Source of the DNA: a virus
Lineage: Duplodnaviria; Caudoviricetes
IMG/VR virus record: IMGVR_UViG_3300016667_000636
Location: 1 to 47,614 of that record
Direction: 5' to 3' (one strand)
DNA length: 47,614 bases
Shown here: positions 26,097 through 36,247 of the stretch, in pieces
Layout: every line of letters begins with the position of its first letter
How positions within the stretch are numbered: position 1 is the stretch's first letter
The notes under the pieces: model-generated
The model's input: only the letters and a program-made list of their open reading frames with translations
Database searches by the model: none
What the model was told of the DNA's origin: nothing
Position numbers and translations under genes: made by a program

Positions 26097-26627
26097 TCAG
26101 GAAAACTCAAAAGAGCCTTTCCGAGTTTGCCCAAGCTCGGCCAGACCATCACCAACAGAGATTTTCGACTTTGACGCGCTAGCCTGTTTCTCAAGAAAAT
26201 CCGTCATGTCGGTCAACTTTTCCTCTTCATCCATTGGTGCATTGTGATGCGCCTCCTGCATGAATTTTTGGTAGAGCGACATTGGCAGCTTGAAGGCCAG
26301 CATTTCGTTGACCCCGATGAAGCCTTGCCAGTCGCCGGTTTTCAGCGTGGCATATTCCCAGCCCGGAACGTCTTCGGGCTTGATAGGCTCATAGCCCAGT
26401 CGAATTCTCGACTGGATGGAATCGCGGGGGTTGGAAGTCGTCAGCCAGCAAGCGTGCCAGCCGGGAATGTTGGGGAGGTCAGGCAGAGAGGACTGAAAAA
26501 ACTGCTGACGGAACATTTCAACCCGCTCATCGTCAGAGATTTCGCGATTTTCAGAGACAGCGCGATCTTCCATCGCACGGCTTTCGCGACCCTCACCAGC
26601 GGATTTCTTTAGTCGTTCGTCGGTCAT
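26097..26627 (-). CDS. conserved head-module protein
   Basis: LP..PGWH.CW...R.RLGYEP...IGVNEMLAFKLP; between scaffold and capsid genes. Confidence 0.65.
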   Translation of the reverse strand: MTDERLKKSAGEGRESRAMEDRAVSENREISDDERVEMFRQQFFQSSLPDLPNIPGWHACWLTTSNPRDSIQSRIRLGYEPIKPEDVPGWEYATLKTGDWQGFIGVNEMLAFKLPMSLYQKFMQEAHHNAPMDEEEKLTDMTDFLEKQASASKSKISVGDGLAELGQTRKGSFEFS

Positions 26628-26688
26628 TTCTCGCTCCTTTCAGCGATTGCGTTGGATTCTGAGGTGTTCAGAAAAGATTTCAAGCCCA

Positions 26689-27603
26689 TCATGACCGATT
26701 GTCTCGGTCGTACTGGGCGTACCGCTTGACGTACTTCATTCGCAGCACCGGATCGTCCCACACGCCGGCCTCAATCAAGGCCTGTTTCCGCTCAGGGCTG
26801 ATGTAGACCTCTTTTCTGGTCGTCGCCGGAGCGTGTTCGCGGCCAGACCCTACAGCGGGGCCGCCGCGAGGCTCACGAGCCTTCTGCTGCCCCTTGAATC
26901 GCTCAGGGAGACGCTTCGCCGCGCGTGCGCGCAGTTCGTCCCAGTATTCCTCGGTCTGCGGGTTGTAGCCTTCCTTCACAATGGCGCTGTCAATCGCCAG
27001 CAGAATGGCTGAGTCCTCATCGCGCCCCTGCGGGTCATACCAAGCGTTTTGCTTGAGGAACTCCGTAGCGTGGTGCATCGTCAGGTCGTCAATCTGCGGT
27101 TGCGCCGGCATGGCGGCACGCTGAGCCTCTTGATTCTTGAGGGCGGTCAACTGCTGGTATTTGACAATCGCTTGGTCGCGGTAACGCATAGCCTGCGTAA
27201 CATCCTCGCCATTGCCAGACTCAACCGCCTTGGCGATCACACGCTCGGCCATCTGCGCCTCATTGGCGGCGGCTGCGATGTGGCTGTCTAGGTTCCTCAA
27301 GTCTCCCTGATACGTCCGATGCTCCTGCGCCGACACTCGGCGCTCAAGGTCATCATTCCGCTTGCGGAGAAAATCAAGCTCCAGCTTGTCGCGCGAAATC
27401 GCTTTCTCTCGGCGCTCCTTTCGCTCCGCTTTTTCCTGCCGGCGCCGTTCGCGAATTGATTCGCGCTCGTCGTTGTTCTGGGCAATGCGGTCATCAGTGC
27501 CCGAGTCCTCTTCGGTCTCATCCTCAACGATGACGATTTCTTCGTTGGGTTTGTCACCGCTCGGGATTTCGTCGTCGTCTTCGTCGTTCAAAATATCAGC
27601 CAT
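26689..27603 (-). CDS. capsid scaffolding protein
   Basis: Acidic N-terminus, long coiled coil, basic C-terminal helix; position between portal and capsid genes. Confidence 0.75.
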   Translation of the reverse strand: MADILNDEDDDEIPSGDKPNEEIVIVEDETEEDSGTDDRIAQNNDERESIRERRRQEKAERKERREKAISRDKLELDFLRKRNDDLERRVSAQEHRTYQGDLRNLDSHIAAAANEAQMAERVIAKAVESGNGEDVTQAMRYRDQAIVKYQQLTALKNQEAQRAAMPAQPQIDDLTMHHATEFLKQNAWYDPQGRDEDSAILLAIDSAIVKEGYNPQTEEYWDELRARAAKRLPERFKGQQKAREPRGGPAVGSGREHAPATTRKEVYISPERKQALIEAGVWDDPVLRMKYVKRYAQYDRDNRS

Positions 27604-27616
27604 CGTTCATCTCCTG

Positions 27617-28030
27617 TCAGATGAAGGCCCGAATCTTGAGCGGGTCGGTGGTGACCCGTCCGATGATGTCGAGGTCGTTGAAGATCACAAACAGCGCGTT
27701 TTCGCCGTTTTCCGTTGGCACTTCCCAGCGGTCGCCGCCGTATTTGGCAACGCGAACGTAGTCGCCGGGCTGACACCACTCACCCTCTGGCCAAGAATCC
27801 ATCGTGTTTCGATTGCGGAACGCCAGTGGCCCAACACTGATGACCTTCGCCACCTGCGTGTTCCACTTTTCGGTGTCCTGCGTGTCAAGAGCGATGATGA
27901 TCCCGCCATCGGTCTTCTTTTTCGGCGTGCGGATTTGCACCAGAACACGGCTCCCAAACGGCTGAATCCCGGCTTCTACAGCGGGAAAAGCGCTTGCCAG
28001 TGCGTTCTCTTTAGAAATCGCGGTCGTCAT
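27617..28030 (-). CDS. groES: GroES-like co-chaperonin
   Basis: PFGSRVLV...KTDGGII...KVISVGP...GDYV...KYGG...IFNDLDIIG; start MTTAIS. Confidence 0.85.
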   Translation of the reverse strand: MTTAISKENALASAFPAVEAGIQPFGSRVLVQIRTPKKKTDGGIIIALDTQDTEKWNTQVAKVISVGPLAFRNRNTMDSWPEGEWCQPGDYVRVAKYGGDRWEVPTENGENALFVIFNDLDIIGRVTTDPLKIRAFI

Positions 28031-28205
28031 TTTTTTCCTCATTCAAGATTTCAAGGAGCACATTGATGGCCAGCTCGTAGCCTTCCACGACACCGGCCCG
28101 ATACCCGTACTCAAAGGCATCGCGAGTTACTGGTCGCCGCAAGGCGTTGGCAGCAAATACTTGCTGCGCTTCCTTGAGACGATTCAGCAGCTTTGATTCG
28201 ATCAC
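28011..28205 (-). CDS. hypothetical protein
   Basis: GTGA-coupled start; FEYGYRAGVVEG motif. Confidence 0.65.
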   Translation of the reverse strand: MIESKLLNRLKEAQQVFAANALRRPVTRDAFEYGYRAGVVEGYELAINVLLEILNEEKNDDRDF

Positions 28206-28348
28206 GCGCAGCACTTCTTCTCGGAAAGCGCTTTCGGTTTCGGCGGAAGCGTCTTCCCGGTCACGGGCAGACCGGCGGCGCGACGATGATTCTGTTTGAC
28301 CGCAGCGTTGTTCAAGTCAACTTTGCTGGCGACGGGTTTATCCTTCAT
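28202..28348 (-). CDS. small basic hypothetical protein (48 aa)
   Basis: Manual read MKDKPVASKVDLNNAAVKQNHRRAAGLPVTGKTLPPKPKALSEKKCCA; AGGAG RBS. Confidence 0.55.
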   Translation of the reverse strand: MKDKPVASKVDLNNAAVKQNHRRAAGLPVTGKTLPPKPKALSEKKCCA

Positions 28349-28358
28349 ATGATTTCTC

Positions 28359-30941
28359 CTACGGGTTGGGATCAAAGTTTGCGTCTTCGCTCACCACAAA
28401 ACTGTCGCCGGCCATTTTGGCCGCTGCAATCGTGAGCGCGGTTTCGTTGTCCTCGGTGTTCATCTGCTGACGAGCATCTATTTCATGAGCCTTTGAGACT
28501 TGGTCAATCTGCGCCCGAATCGCTTCAGACTGCATTTCCGCAGCCTTTTCCTGCTGTCGGCCGGAAAGCTCAGCCATCTTGAGTTGCGACGCCTGCTGAA
28601 GCTTGAACTGCTCAAGTTGGCGCTGCTGCTCAAGCTTGAACTGCTCAAGTTGCACCTGCTGTTGAAGCTTGGCCTGCTCAAGCTGAGACTGCTGCTGCAA
28701 TTTCGCTTGGTCAGACTGCGAGCGCTGCTGAAGCGCGGCCTGCTGAACCTGCGCGTTGATTTGAGCAACTTGAATCGAGCTGTCTGGCGGCATAGGCGGC
28801 TGCGGAGCGTACTGCTGAGCCTGCTGCGTAATTTGCGCAAGCTCCTCGGCAAAACCAGTCAACTGCTGCTCAATGAACTGCTGAACCTGCATGATTAGCT
28901 GAGTGTTCTGAGCCTCGTCTTTCCCGGTGATCATCCCCTGCCGCCGCGCGTTCAGAATGGCGCTGTGCGACTCGCTCAAATAGTAGTTGAGCAAGTGGTC
29001 GCGCAGGTGAATCGAAATCGGAAACAGATAGCTTTTCACGATGGCGGGGTTGGCGCCAAACAGGTTGGATTTCAAAAATGCCATGTGCGCCATGATGTGC
29101 TGCAAATGATTTTGCTTTGGCAGCACAAAAATCGGCTGGCCCAGCGTCGCCTCGACATTCTCGCTGGCCGGGTCTTTGTCTTCCTGACCGGGGGCCGGAA
29201 GCAGCACCTCAGATTCTGGAATCTTGAGGTTGCGCAAAAACATTTCTTCGACTTTGCGAACGTCATAAATTTGCGGCAGCAACTGCGCCCGCTGCATGAC
29301 GGACTGGGTCTGCGCAAATCGCTGGGCGTCGCTAAAAATCGAGGGATTGCTGACGGGCACAACATCCATCGGGCCGTCGAAGTCAGACGGGTCAATCTTT
29401 AGCCCGGCCGACTGATTCTTGATGTCATCATGCGTCAGATAGGCTGAGTTGATCCGATGCAGGATTTTCAGACACCGCGCCATCGAGGCGTGGAGGCGCG
29501 AGTGAATGCTGCTAAAGACCACCATGCCCTGCTCAATGAGCGCCATCGTGGTGCCAACCGGCTGGTTGGGGTTCTGATCAGCCAGCTTTTCAAAACTGGT
29601 CTGCACAACGCTTTTGCCAGCATCAACCAGAAACCCGAGCAACTGAAACAGCACTGGGCTCGGGCCGTTGAACGGCAGCGGCATTGCGATCTTGCGAACG
29701 TCGTCAACCAGCGCTCCGCCCTCAAGCTCAACGACCTCGGTCGGCTGAACATTGATGGTCTGCCCGTTAGGGCCGCCCTTGAGCTTCAAGAGCGTTGGCA
29801 CGTTCTGGATGTGGGCAGAGTCCAGCAGCGCACGCAAAGCGCCCGTGGCGGCCCCTGAGAGGCCTCCAATCATGTGCGTGAGACCTATTGGGTACGCGCC
29901 GCGCCACGGCACAAAAGGAAACTCAACAATCCAGTCAAGCTCCTGCTTGAGTTCGTCGTTGGCCTCCCAATTTCGGTACAACGAAAGCGCAATCCCGCTC
30001 GACTTGTCAATGCTGAGAATGTAAGGCTCAACGCCATTGCCAAAGTCGAGGTGCGTGTAGACTTCATAAATCGTGCGCAAACCGTCTTCGTTGTAAGCGA
30101 AATCCTTCCGGCCCTCGATCTTGTCATTGGCGACAGAAGCGCTGCTGTACTCGATTTGCGAGGCCGAGCCTACGTCCGCATCAAGGTACATGCCGGACTT
30201 GACGCGCCGGTTGTACTCCATCGCCGTTACATACTGAACGTGCGTCTTGCGCTCGGCCGAGTAAAAGTTCGTCGCCGCGAACGGCAGGTAAATATCGTCA
30301 ATCGGGACAAACTCAGAAACTGGGCGCCGATGGCGCGGGCTCCACATCAGCTTGAGGTACTGGCCGCCGCCCAGCGGCAACTGGGTCGAGAGCTGCTCCA
30401 GTTCGCTACGAAACTCTGGCATCTGCTCGGTCGTCTGCCAGTTCATAAATTCGGCCTTGCGGTCAGCCTTTTCGACTTTTTCCTCGTCCTGCTCGCCAAT
30501 GATTTTCGACTTGACCGGGCCGCCGGGCGGGAAAATTTCTTTCATCGTGCGAGCGCTGAAATCAACGCAGGCCTCGATCAGCATCGGATGCACTACTTTG
30601 TTGGCGCCGGCAAATTGGGCGCCGCCGGGCGCGTCGTCGCCAAGGCCAGTGCGCCGCAGGCCTTCCTCATACTGCTTGTCCCGCTTTTCGCGAGCCTCCT
30701 TGTCTCGCTCTATTTTGTCGAGCAAGTCGTTGACGCAGTCCGCAAGAATTTCTTGGTCTACCTCGTCAACGATGTTGGCGAAGTGGTCAAGCTGAGTCCT
30801 TTCGTCCTCATCGTTGCTTAGACGAATCATTGCGCCGCCGTCAGGCATGTCCTCAACTTCAGACAAATCCTCGCTGAAGTCCATCACCTCGCCGGCAAGG
30901 GTCTGGTCGTCCTCGTCATCGATGTCAATTTGCTCGGCCAT
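28359..30941 (-). CDS. portal protein (P22-like, with C-terminal coiled-coil barrel)
   Basis: 860 aa; VHPMLIEACVDF, F.NWQ.TEQM.E.R and PVGTT.AL.EQG motifs; Gln-rich C-terminus. Confidence 0.88.
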   Translation of the reverse strand: MAEQIDIDDEDDQTLAGEVMDFSEDLSEVEDMPDGGAMIRLSNDEDERTQLDHFANIVDEVDQEILADCVNDLLDKIERDKEAREKRDKQYEEGLRRTGLGDDAPGGAQFAGANKVVHPMLIEACVDFSARTMKEIFPPGGPVKSKIIGEQDEEKVEKADRKAEFMNWQTTEQMPEFRSELEQLSTQLPLGGGQYLKLMWSPRHRRPVSEFVPIDDIYLPFAATNFYSAERKTHVQYVTAMEYNRRVKSGMYLDADVGSASQIEYSSASVANDKIEGRKDFAYNEDGLRTIYEVYTHLDFGNGVEPYILSIDKSSGIALSLYRNWEANDELKQELDWIVEFPFVPWRGAYPIGLTHMIGGLSGAATGALRALLDSAHIQNVPTLLKLKGGPNGQTINVQPTEVVELEGGALVDDVRKIAMPLPFNGPSPVLFQLLGFLVDAGKSVVQTSFEKLADQNPNQPVGTTMALIEQGMVVFSSIHSRLHASMARCLKILHRINSAYLTHDDIKNQSAGLKIDPSDFDGPMDVVPVSNPSIFSDAQRFAQTQSVMQRAQLLPQIYDVRKVEEMFLRNLKIPESEVLLPAPGQEDKDPASENVEATLGQPIFVLPKQNHLQHIMAHMAFLKSNLFGANPAIVKSYLFPISIHLRDHLLNYYLSESHSAILNARRQGMITGKDEAQNTQLIMQVQQFIEQQLTGFAEELAQITQQAQQYAPQPPMPPDSSIQVAQINAQVQQAALQQRSQSDQAKLQQQSQLEQAKLQQQVQLEQFKLEQQRQLEQFKLQQASQLKMAELSGRQQEKAAEMQSEAIRAQIDQVSKAHEIDARQQMNTEDNETALTIAAAKMAGDSFVVSEDANFDPNP
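28575..28725 (-). repeat. 11-residue (33-bp) repeats in the portal C-terminus
   Basis: DQAKLQQQSQL-EQAKLQQQVQL-EQFKLEQQRQL-EQFKLQQASQL. Confidence 0.7.
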
Positions 30942-33900
30942 TAAAAGTCTCGCTTGTATGTCAGCATGATTTTCTCGTCAGGAACCATCCCGGCTCGTTC
31001 CCACCCCCTCGGCGGCTCGCTGCCGTCCGGGGAGTAGGCCTGCGCATCAAGGCCAAGCATTCCCCTGTACAGAGACAGGGGCTGGTTCTCATAGGATACG
31101 CCATAGCGGCCGGCAAGCCCGGGAAGGCCGCCAAGCTCACCGTAGGCTCGGCCAAGGCTTGCGCCGCCCCCTGACTGCCGCCAGCCCGCGCCTTGCGCGG
31201 TCATGCGACCACCGCCCCCGCTGGCGCCTAGTTCTAGCGTGGCCGAGCCAGCCGGAATCTGGAGAGACCCTGAGCCGCCACCGCCAAATCCGCTGCGCGA
31301 GTATCCGGGCGCCTTCATCGAGTTGGTGCCAAACCCGACATCAACTCTGCCGCGCAGTCGGCGCCGCTCATCCTGTCGCAGCTCGCGCATTGCCCGCTCC
31401 GGCTCGCCGGCCTCGGCGTACTGGCCCGGATTGTCCGACAGGAACGCACCGATGATTGAGTTCAGCCGATTGCGGTCTGCATTGACCGCCCCGCCCTTGG
31501 CAAAATTTTCTTCGTCGTCTAGATCAAAGTCTGGCAGAACGTCGTCGCCCTCGTTGATGTCAAACTCGTTGACTTCAAATTCGTCGGTAAGCTCGTTGGG
31601 TTGGTAGACGTTATCTTCAATAAGCTCGTCAAGCTCATAGCGCTCAAGGCCGGTGTTGTGCCCGTCATCAATGTGACTCCACGGGCCTTGTGAGCGCAGA
31701 AAATCTTGAACCATTGGCTTGTATTTTCCCGCTGGCGCTCCGTTGGATTTGCCCTTTATCTGTCTAATTGCAGGCCTCGGCGGGTTTGGCAAAACAAAAT
31801 GCTTCACTGCCTCGTTGTAGATTTCTTGATCATTCGCGACGAAACGCGAGAGGCTCTGAAGCGGAGAGTCAGGGCCAAAAATCTCGTCTCTGCGCTTGGG
31901 AGGAAGACTGTTCCAGAAAGAATCCCAGTCGCTGCCGCTTGGCGGCCGAACCTCAATCGTGGTGTGGGGAACGCCTTTCTTGTCTCTGAGCGAAAAAATT
32001 TGAGTATTCCCTTTTGACACAGGTTCACAATAACCGCCGACGCAATGACTCATCTGAGCGCCTTCTTGCTTTAAGGCTTCTTCAAGATCCGGCTTGTATT
32101 TTGCTATATGTGCTTTTCTGGCGTCACTCATAGCATCTAATTGCTCAACCCCCGATAAGCCTGCGTCAATGGAGACAGGGTCTGTTTGCCTCGGAATGCC
32201 CAACTGAACCCAAGACAGATCGCTCTCTGGATAATCCTTAATTTTTTGAATTACCGGATTATTTGCGGCCCTCTCAATCTTTGCTTTTTCATAGGCAAGG
32301 CTTGCGTCTGCAACTCTGGCAATTGCCGAATCAACGCTCATGTTTTTGAGGTTTTCCGGCTTAAGCATAAAGCTATCCGGCAACCCAAGTCTTTTCATTT
32401 CCCCCTTTTCCCATTTGTGCGGAAGGAGGTTTGACAGTTGGTGAATTAGTTCACCTAGTTTCAAATCAACTGTGCTGTCAAAGCCGTACATCGGAGTTTC
32501 TGGGCTTAAGTTGTTCGTCCAAGGATTGTCAGAAATTATGAGATTGTTCATGGCCATCCCATGTTCTGGGGAGGAGACCACAGGGTTAAATTTAAGTTGA
32601 TAAAAAGACTCGGGGTCGAAAGAGGAAGGATCAAAAGACCAAGCATTAGGCTGTCCAGCCAGCCCTTCCCATCCCTCTTTGTTAGTTCTTTTTCTTATGC
32701 CCCCAATCGTCTGGGGGGATAATGAGCCGTCAGCCAAAACATCCCAAAGCCTAGCAACCGGAGAAGTTCCGGTTGTCTCCTCGGGCATTCCTGCGGCTCT
32801 TCTTCCCATGTTTGCGGTTTCTTCGTTGAACGCAAAATATGCACCACCCGGCAAATCACTTAAGTTTGTCTTGAAGTGCAAGGTTCCTTCTTTGACGTTT
32901 TTTTCGTAGTCCAGCATGGCGTCTTCGATAATTTGCTGGGCTCTTGTTTCTGCATTTTGAATTGCAGTCTCCCAAGTTCCGCGAGGCATTCCCGGCCTTG
33001 GGCCTTCAGCGCGCAATTTATCAGCATGCTCGGCGTACTTATCTGCTTCCTTGTAAGCAGCATCACGCTGCTTTGCAAACTGCTCGGTTCGTTTTTCAGC
33101 AAGTGCCCTGACCGGATCTCCCGGCGTTGCCAAGTCGTTCTGAAGGTATCGAGCGAGCTGCTTTTTAGCCCAGTCGTTCAACGCTTGGTCTTGCTCAAGT
33201 GCTGGCCCGTGGACTTCTAAAAACCTATCAAACGTGTCATCCCACGAGCCTGTGCCGCCATCGAGGGATGAATTATTGACGCTGCCAAATCTTTGCTTAA
33301 AGTCTTTTATTGTATTTATGTAATCCATCGGAGAAGGCTGTAGCTGATAAAAGTCTGGCGTAAAAAAGAATTTTTTATCTAATTGACCCCAGTCCTCAAA
33401 CGACAGAAGCGCTTGCTCATCCAAAGCGTTTATTTGCGCCCTCAAAGCATTCCGCACATCATCAGACACAGGTCTAATTTGCCCAGCAACTTGGCTTGCC
33501 GGAGTCATTCGGTTGACAGCTACTTTAGCTCCGTGCAATCCGTTGTCGTCTGGCAAGTTGGCTAGATTGGTACTCACCCAGTTCCCGCCCTTCTGCTTGA
33601 TGACGCCAAGCCCGCCGAGCAGCGGTGCGGAGGCCTTGACCGCGCCGGCAACCTTGCCCAGTGCGCCAGCCGCCGTGGCCAGCGGCAATGCCCCTGCCAT
33701 GTCGAGCGCTTCAGAATTTATTTTCCAATCGAGCGGGTTGCTTGAGCGGGTGTTGACCAGCACATTCGGCTCGCCTTCGGCCATGCGTCGGGCGGCCTCT
33801 GGCGCCTCGCCCATGATCATGTCGCGCAGCCATTTGCCTCGCGGATTTTCCCTTGGGAAAAGGTCATAGGCGGCGTCGAGGTAGGGGCTGACGAGGTCGC

Positions 33901-35089
33901 CAAACTGCATGCTAAGCGTCGGCGGCAGGCTGCTGGCATAACCATCAGGGGTGATGCCAGCATCATTGCCCATCTGCTCTTCGGCTCGTCTGGATCGCTC
34001 TTCGGGAGTTGAAAGCCCGCCCTCGGCGTAGCCGCCCAGCCTGCGAAGAGCTGCGGCGTCCTCGATGTACTGGCTGATTTCGTCGATGGCCTCGTCGTTC
34101 ATGTATCGGCCCATGCTTGGCCCGGCAGACATCAAATATCTAGGCTCCATTTCCGGCATTCTGGCTTCGTAGTCTGGACGCCAAAGCAATCTTGCGGGAA
34201 TTTGTTCTCGGAATCCGCCAAGCACCTCGCCGTGGAGGTTGTTGGGGTAGGAAGGGTGAGGATACAGCGGCGACCTGTTGACTAGGTCATCTAGATTTGC
34301 CCTGCCGATGACATAGCCGGCCATTCTGGCATCAGGATGAACGCCCGGATCATTGAGGGCGTTTCCAATCGCAACTATGTCAGGGAATCCGCTTTGCTGA
34401 ATTGGTCTAGAAGCCACAAAATTTTTTATAAACTCGCCGCGCTTGTCGAAAGACAGGTCACGCAACTGGTCGGCAAGTTTTTCTGACCTCATCCCCACAA
34501 AATTTGGAATGATTTTTCTAGCGCCCTCATCAAACAGCTTTGTCGCTGCCCGATTCAGCGGCGAGCTGTTAAGCATCTGAGCCAGAACGTCTGAAAACAT
34601 AGTGTTTGACTGCTGAGCCTGTCGCCCCTGCCCCGTGAAAACAGGCAAAATATCAGCGCCGCCATGCTTTTCAGCGAGTTTTTTCCAGCCACTTACATAT
34701 CTACTGACAGCGCCCTTGTCTGAAGCCCATATAGCGTTCGGGTCTTCGTTGTAGCGCTGATACAGGCCAAATCGCGGGCCTCCCATTAGCTCGACTGGTC
34801 GATCTAAATCAAATTGCAGGTCTCCAATCAAAATCGACTTGAGCCTGCGACCAGCGTCCGTTTGGTCTCCATACAGCGGCGTCAAAACCGACCCCTTCAG
34901 CTCATACGGCTCGATGATTCTGGGGATGTCTACGCTAGGGACGGTCGGCTCGCTGATGTGCGAATAGTAATCAATGGGGAAATTTGCCTTGTTTGTTGTA
35001 AAGCTCTGGTCGTAGGCGGGGTTGCCCCTCTGCAACGGCAAATGCTGCGCAATCTCGGTCAGAAATTTTCTAAATTTCCTTCTATCCAC
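30941..35089 (-). CDS. large polyvalent-type protein (~1382 aa) with a PcfJ-like domain
   Basis: Likely GTG start at 35089 behind GGGAG; EGAQMSHCVGGYC...IFSLRDKKG.PHTTIEV...IRQIKGKSN is PcfJ-like; YAEGG and FAKGG linkers. Confidence 0.75.
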   Translation of the reverse strand: MDRRKFRKFLTEIAQHLPLQRGNPAYDQSFTTNKANFPIDYYSHISEPTVPSVDIPRIIEPYELKGSVLTPLYGDQTDAGRRLKSILIGDLQFDLDRPVELMGGPRFGLYQRYNEDPNAIWASDKGAVSRYVSGWKKLAEKHGGADILPVFTGQGRQAQQSNTMFSDVLAQMLNSSPLNRAATKLFDEGARKIIPNFVGMRSEKLADQLRDLSFDKRGEFIKNFVASRPIQQSGFPDIVAIGNALNDPGVHPDARMAGYVIGRANLDDLVNRSPLYPHPSYPNNLHGEVLGGFREQIPARLLWRPDYEARMPEMEPRYLMSAGPSMGRYMNDEAIDEISQYIEDAAALRRLGGYAEGGLSTPEERSRRAEEQMGNDAGITPDGYASSLPPTLSMQFGDLVSPYLDAAYDLFPRENPRGKWLRDMIMGEAPEAARRMAEGEPNVLVNTRSSNPLDWKINSEALDMAGALPLATAAGALGKVAGAVKASAPLLGGLGVIKQKGGNWVSTNLANLPDDNGLHGAKVAVNRMTPASQVAGQIRPVSDDVRNALRAQINALDEQALLSFEDWGQLDKKFFFTPDFYQLQPSPMDYINTIKDFKQRFGSVNNSSLDGGTGSWDDTFDRFLEVHGPALEQDQALNDWAKKQLARYLQNDLATPGDPVRALAEKRTEQFAKQRDAAYKEADKYAEHADKLRAEGPRPGMPRGTWETAIQNAETRAQQIIEDAMLDYEKNVKEGTLHFKTNLSDLPGGAYFAFNEETANMGRRAAGMPEETTGTSPVARLWDVLADGSLSPQTIGGIRKRTNKEGWEGLAGQPNAWSFDPSSFDPESFYQLKFNPVVSSPEHGMAMNNLIISDNPWTNNLSPETPMYGFDSTVDLKLGELIHQLSNLLPHKWEKGEMKRLGLPDSFMLKPENLKNMSVDSAIARVADASLAYEKAKIERAANNPVIQKIKDYPESDLSWVQLGIPRQTDPVSIDAGLSGVEQLDAMSDARKAHIAKYKPDLEEALKQEGAQMSHCVGGYCEPVSKGNTQIFSLRDKKGVPHTTIEVRPPSGSDWDSFWNSLPPKRRDEIFGPDSPLQSLSRFVANDQEIYNEAVKHFVLPNPPRPAIRQIKGKSNGAPAGKYKPMVQDFLRSQGPWSHIDDGHNTGLERYELDELIEDNVYQPNELTDEFEVNEFDINEGDDVLPDFDLDDEENFAKGGAVNADRNRLNSIIGAFLSDNPGQYAEAGEPERAMRELRQDERRRLRGRVDVGFGTNSMKAPGYSRSGFGGGGSGSLQIPAGSATLELGASGGGGRMTAQGAGWRQSGGGASLGRAYGELGGLPGLAGRYGVSYENQPLSLYRGMLGLDAQAYSPDGSEPPRGWERAGMVPDEKIMLTYKRDF

Positions 35090-35162
35090 CGCAGGTCTCC
35101 CGCAAAAAAAATCAAGGGTTTTTGAAAGTTTAGCCCATCGCTCAAGCGCCCGAAAGAAATGC

Positions 35163-35191
35163 TTGCGTAGCACGCATTGCGTGCGTACAAT
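35163..35191 (+). promoter_or_regulatory. sigma70-like promoter with palindromic operator
   Basis: TTGCGT-17 bp-TACAAT; spacer GCACGCA-T-TGCGTGC (35170-35184). Confidence 0.7.
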
Positions 35192-35221
35192 TCAAACCTC
35201 AGCAACAACAGGTAACCAGTC

Positions 35222-35758
35222 ATGACTAACTCACCTATTGCCACCGCCATCGCCCCGCTCCGCGACGAAGCCATCGCTGACGCCAACGCCCAGTACGATC
35301 TGATGGTCGCCAAGGCCGCTTCCAAGCTGGAAGCCGCCGGCTGGGATTTAGACGTTGCCGCCCCCCGGCCTGACGGCAACATGGCGCGGGGTGAATACCT
35401 GCGCATGCGGGCCGTCTGCGGTTTCTTCAGCAGCATCACCCGGCCGCTGACCTGCGGCCGTCGAATTGACGAGCCAAACATGGTCGCGATTGACGAGGCC
35501 CGCATCGAGAAGGTGCGCGGTCAGGTCAAGGCCGAGGCCGGCGCCAGCTTTGAGGCCTACGCCGCCAAGCTGGAAAAGAAGGTCGGCGCCGTCGTCGCGG
35601 CTGAGCTGATGGGCGACAGCGCCGGCCTGTGGAGCTACAGCGTGCTGACCGTGACGCTGGCCGATGGCACCGTGCAGCGGTGGAAGACGCAGCGCATCCT
35701 CAACTGCTCCGGCCTCGGCACGCTGTTCCACCAGTGGCCGACCCGGCTTATCAAGTAA
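35222..35758 (+). CDS. hypothetical protein, first gene of the antisense island
   Basis: 178 aa, strong GC3 codon bias like the early genes, downstream of a promoter. Confidence 0.75.
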   Translation: MTNSPIATAIAPLRDEAIADANAQYDLMVAKAASKLEAAGWDLDVAAPRPDGNMARGEYLRMRAVCGFFSSITRPLTCGRRIDEPNMVAIDEARIEKVRGQVKAEAGASFEAYAAKLEKKVGAVVAAELMGDSAGLWSYSVLTVTLADGTVQRWKTQRILNCSGLGTLFHQWPTRLIK

Positions 35759-35764
35759 ACAACA

Positions 35765-35788
35765 GGGGCCGGCAACGGCCCCGTTTTT
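35765..35788 (+). terminator. intrinsic terminator
   Basis: GGGGCCG-GCAA-CGGCCCC-GTTTTT. Confidence 0.7.
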
Positions 35789-35810
35789 CAAGCAACACGG
35801 GAGACAAAAA

Positions 35811-36071
35811 ATGAACCACCAGCTATTCGTTGACCGCAAAGAAGCGGTGCTTTTTCTCTACTACCACCTCGGCGCTCGGGGAACCCACAACATCCTGCCG
35901 ACGCTGGCGACTGATGAGGAGGGCCGATTGAATCTCGCCGAGCTTTGCTGGTTCAAACCGATGAGCCCGCGCGCTCGCCGCAGCGCGCACACCAAGCAGA
36001 GCATCAAGCTTTTGGCGGCTGACGTTTCGGCTACCGCAGACTACATGCGCAAAAAGATGGAGCACGCCTGA
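35811..36071 (+). CDS. hypothetical protein
   Basis: MNHQLFV start behind GGGAG. Confidence 0.6.
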   Translation: MNHQLFVDRKEAVLFLYYHLGARGTHNILPTLATDEEGRLNLAELCWFKPMSPRARRSAHTKQSIKLLAADVSATADYMRKKMEHA

Positions 36072-36247
36072 TGTATGACCATGAGCGAGAATTGCGTGCG
36101 CGGCGCAGGAAGGCGATTGAGCGGAGAGAGACCGCCATCGCCGTCATTGCAATGGCGCTAGTTGTTTCCGCCCTTTACGTCGGGCTCGGCTACGCGCTTG
36201 ACCATCCTGTCAACGCCCAGAGGCAAGAAATGAGGATTCAGAAATGA
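36071..36247 (+). CDS. small single-TM membrane protein (58 aa)
   Basis: Manual read MYDHERELRARRRKAIERRETAIAVIAMALVVSALYVGLGYALDHP...; TGATG and ATGA coupling. Confidence 0.6.
   Translation: MYDHERELRARRRKAIERRETAIAVIAMALVVSALYVGLGYALDHPVNAQRQEMRIQK

Noticed and set aside
35090-35173. N-terminal 28 aa of the 1410-aa ORF
   Set aside because: Overlaps the divergent promoter region; GTG at 35089 has a well-spaced GGGAG RBS
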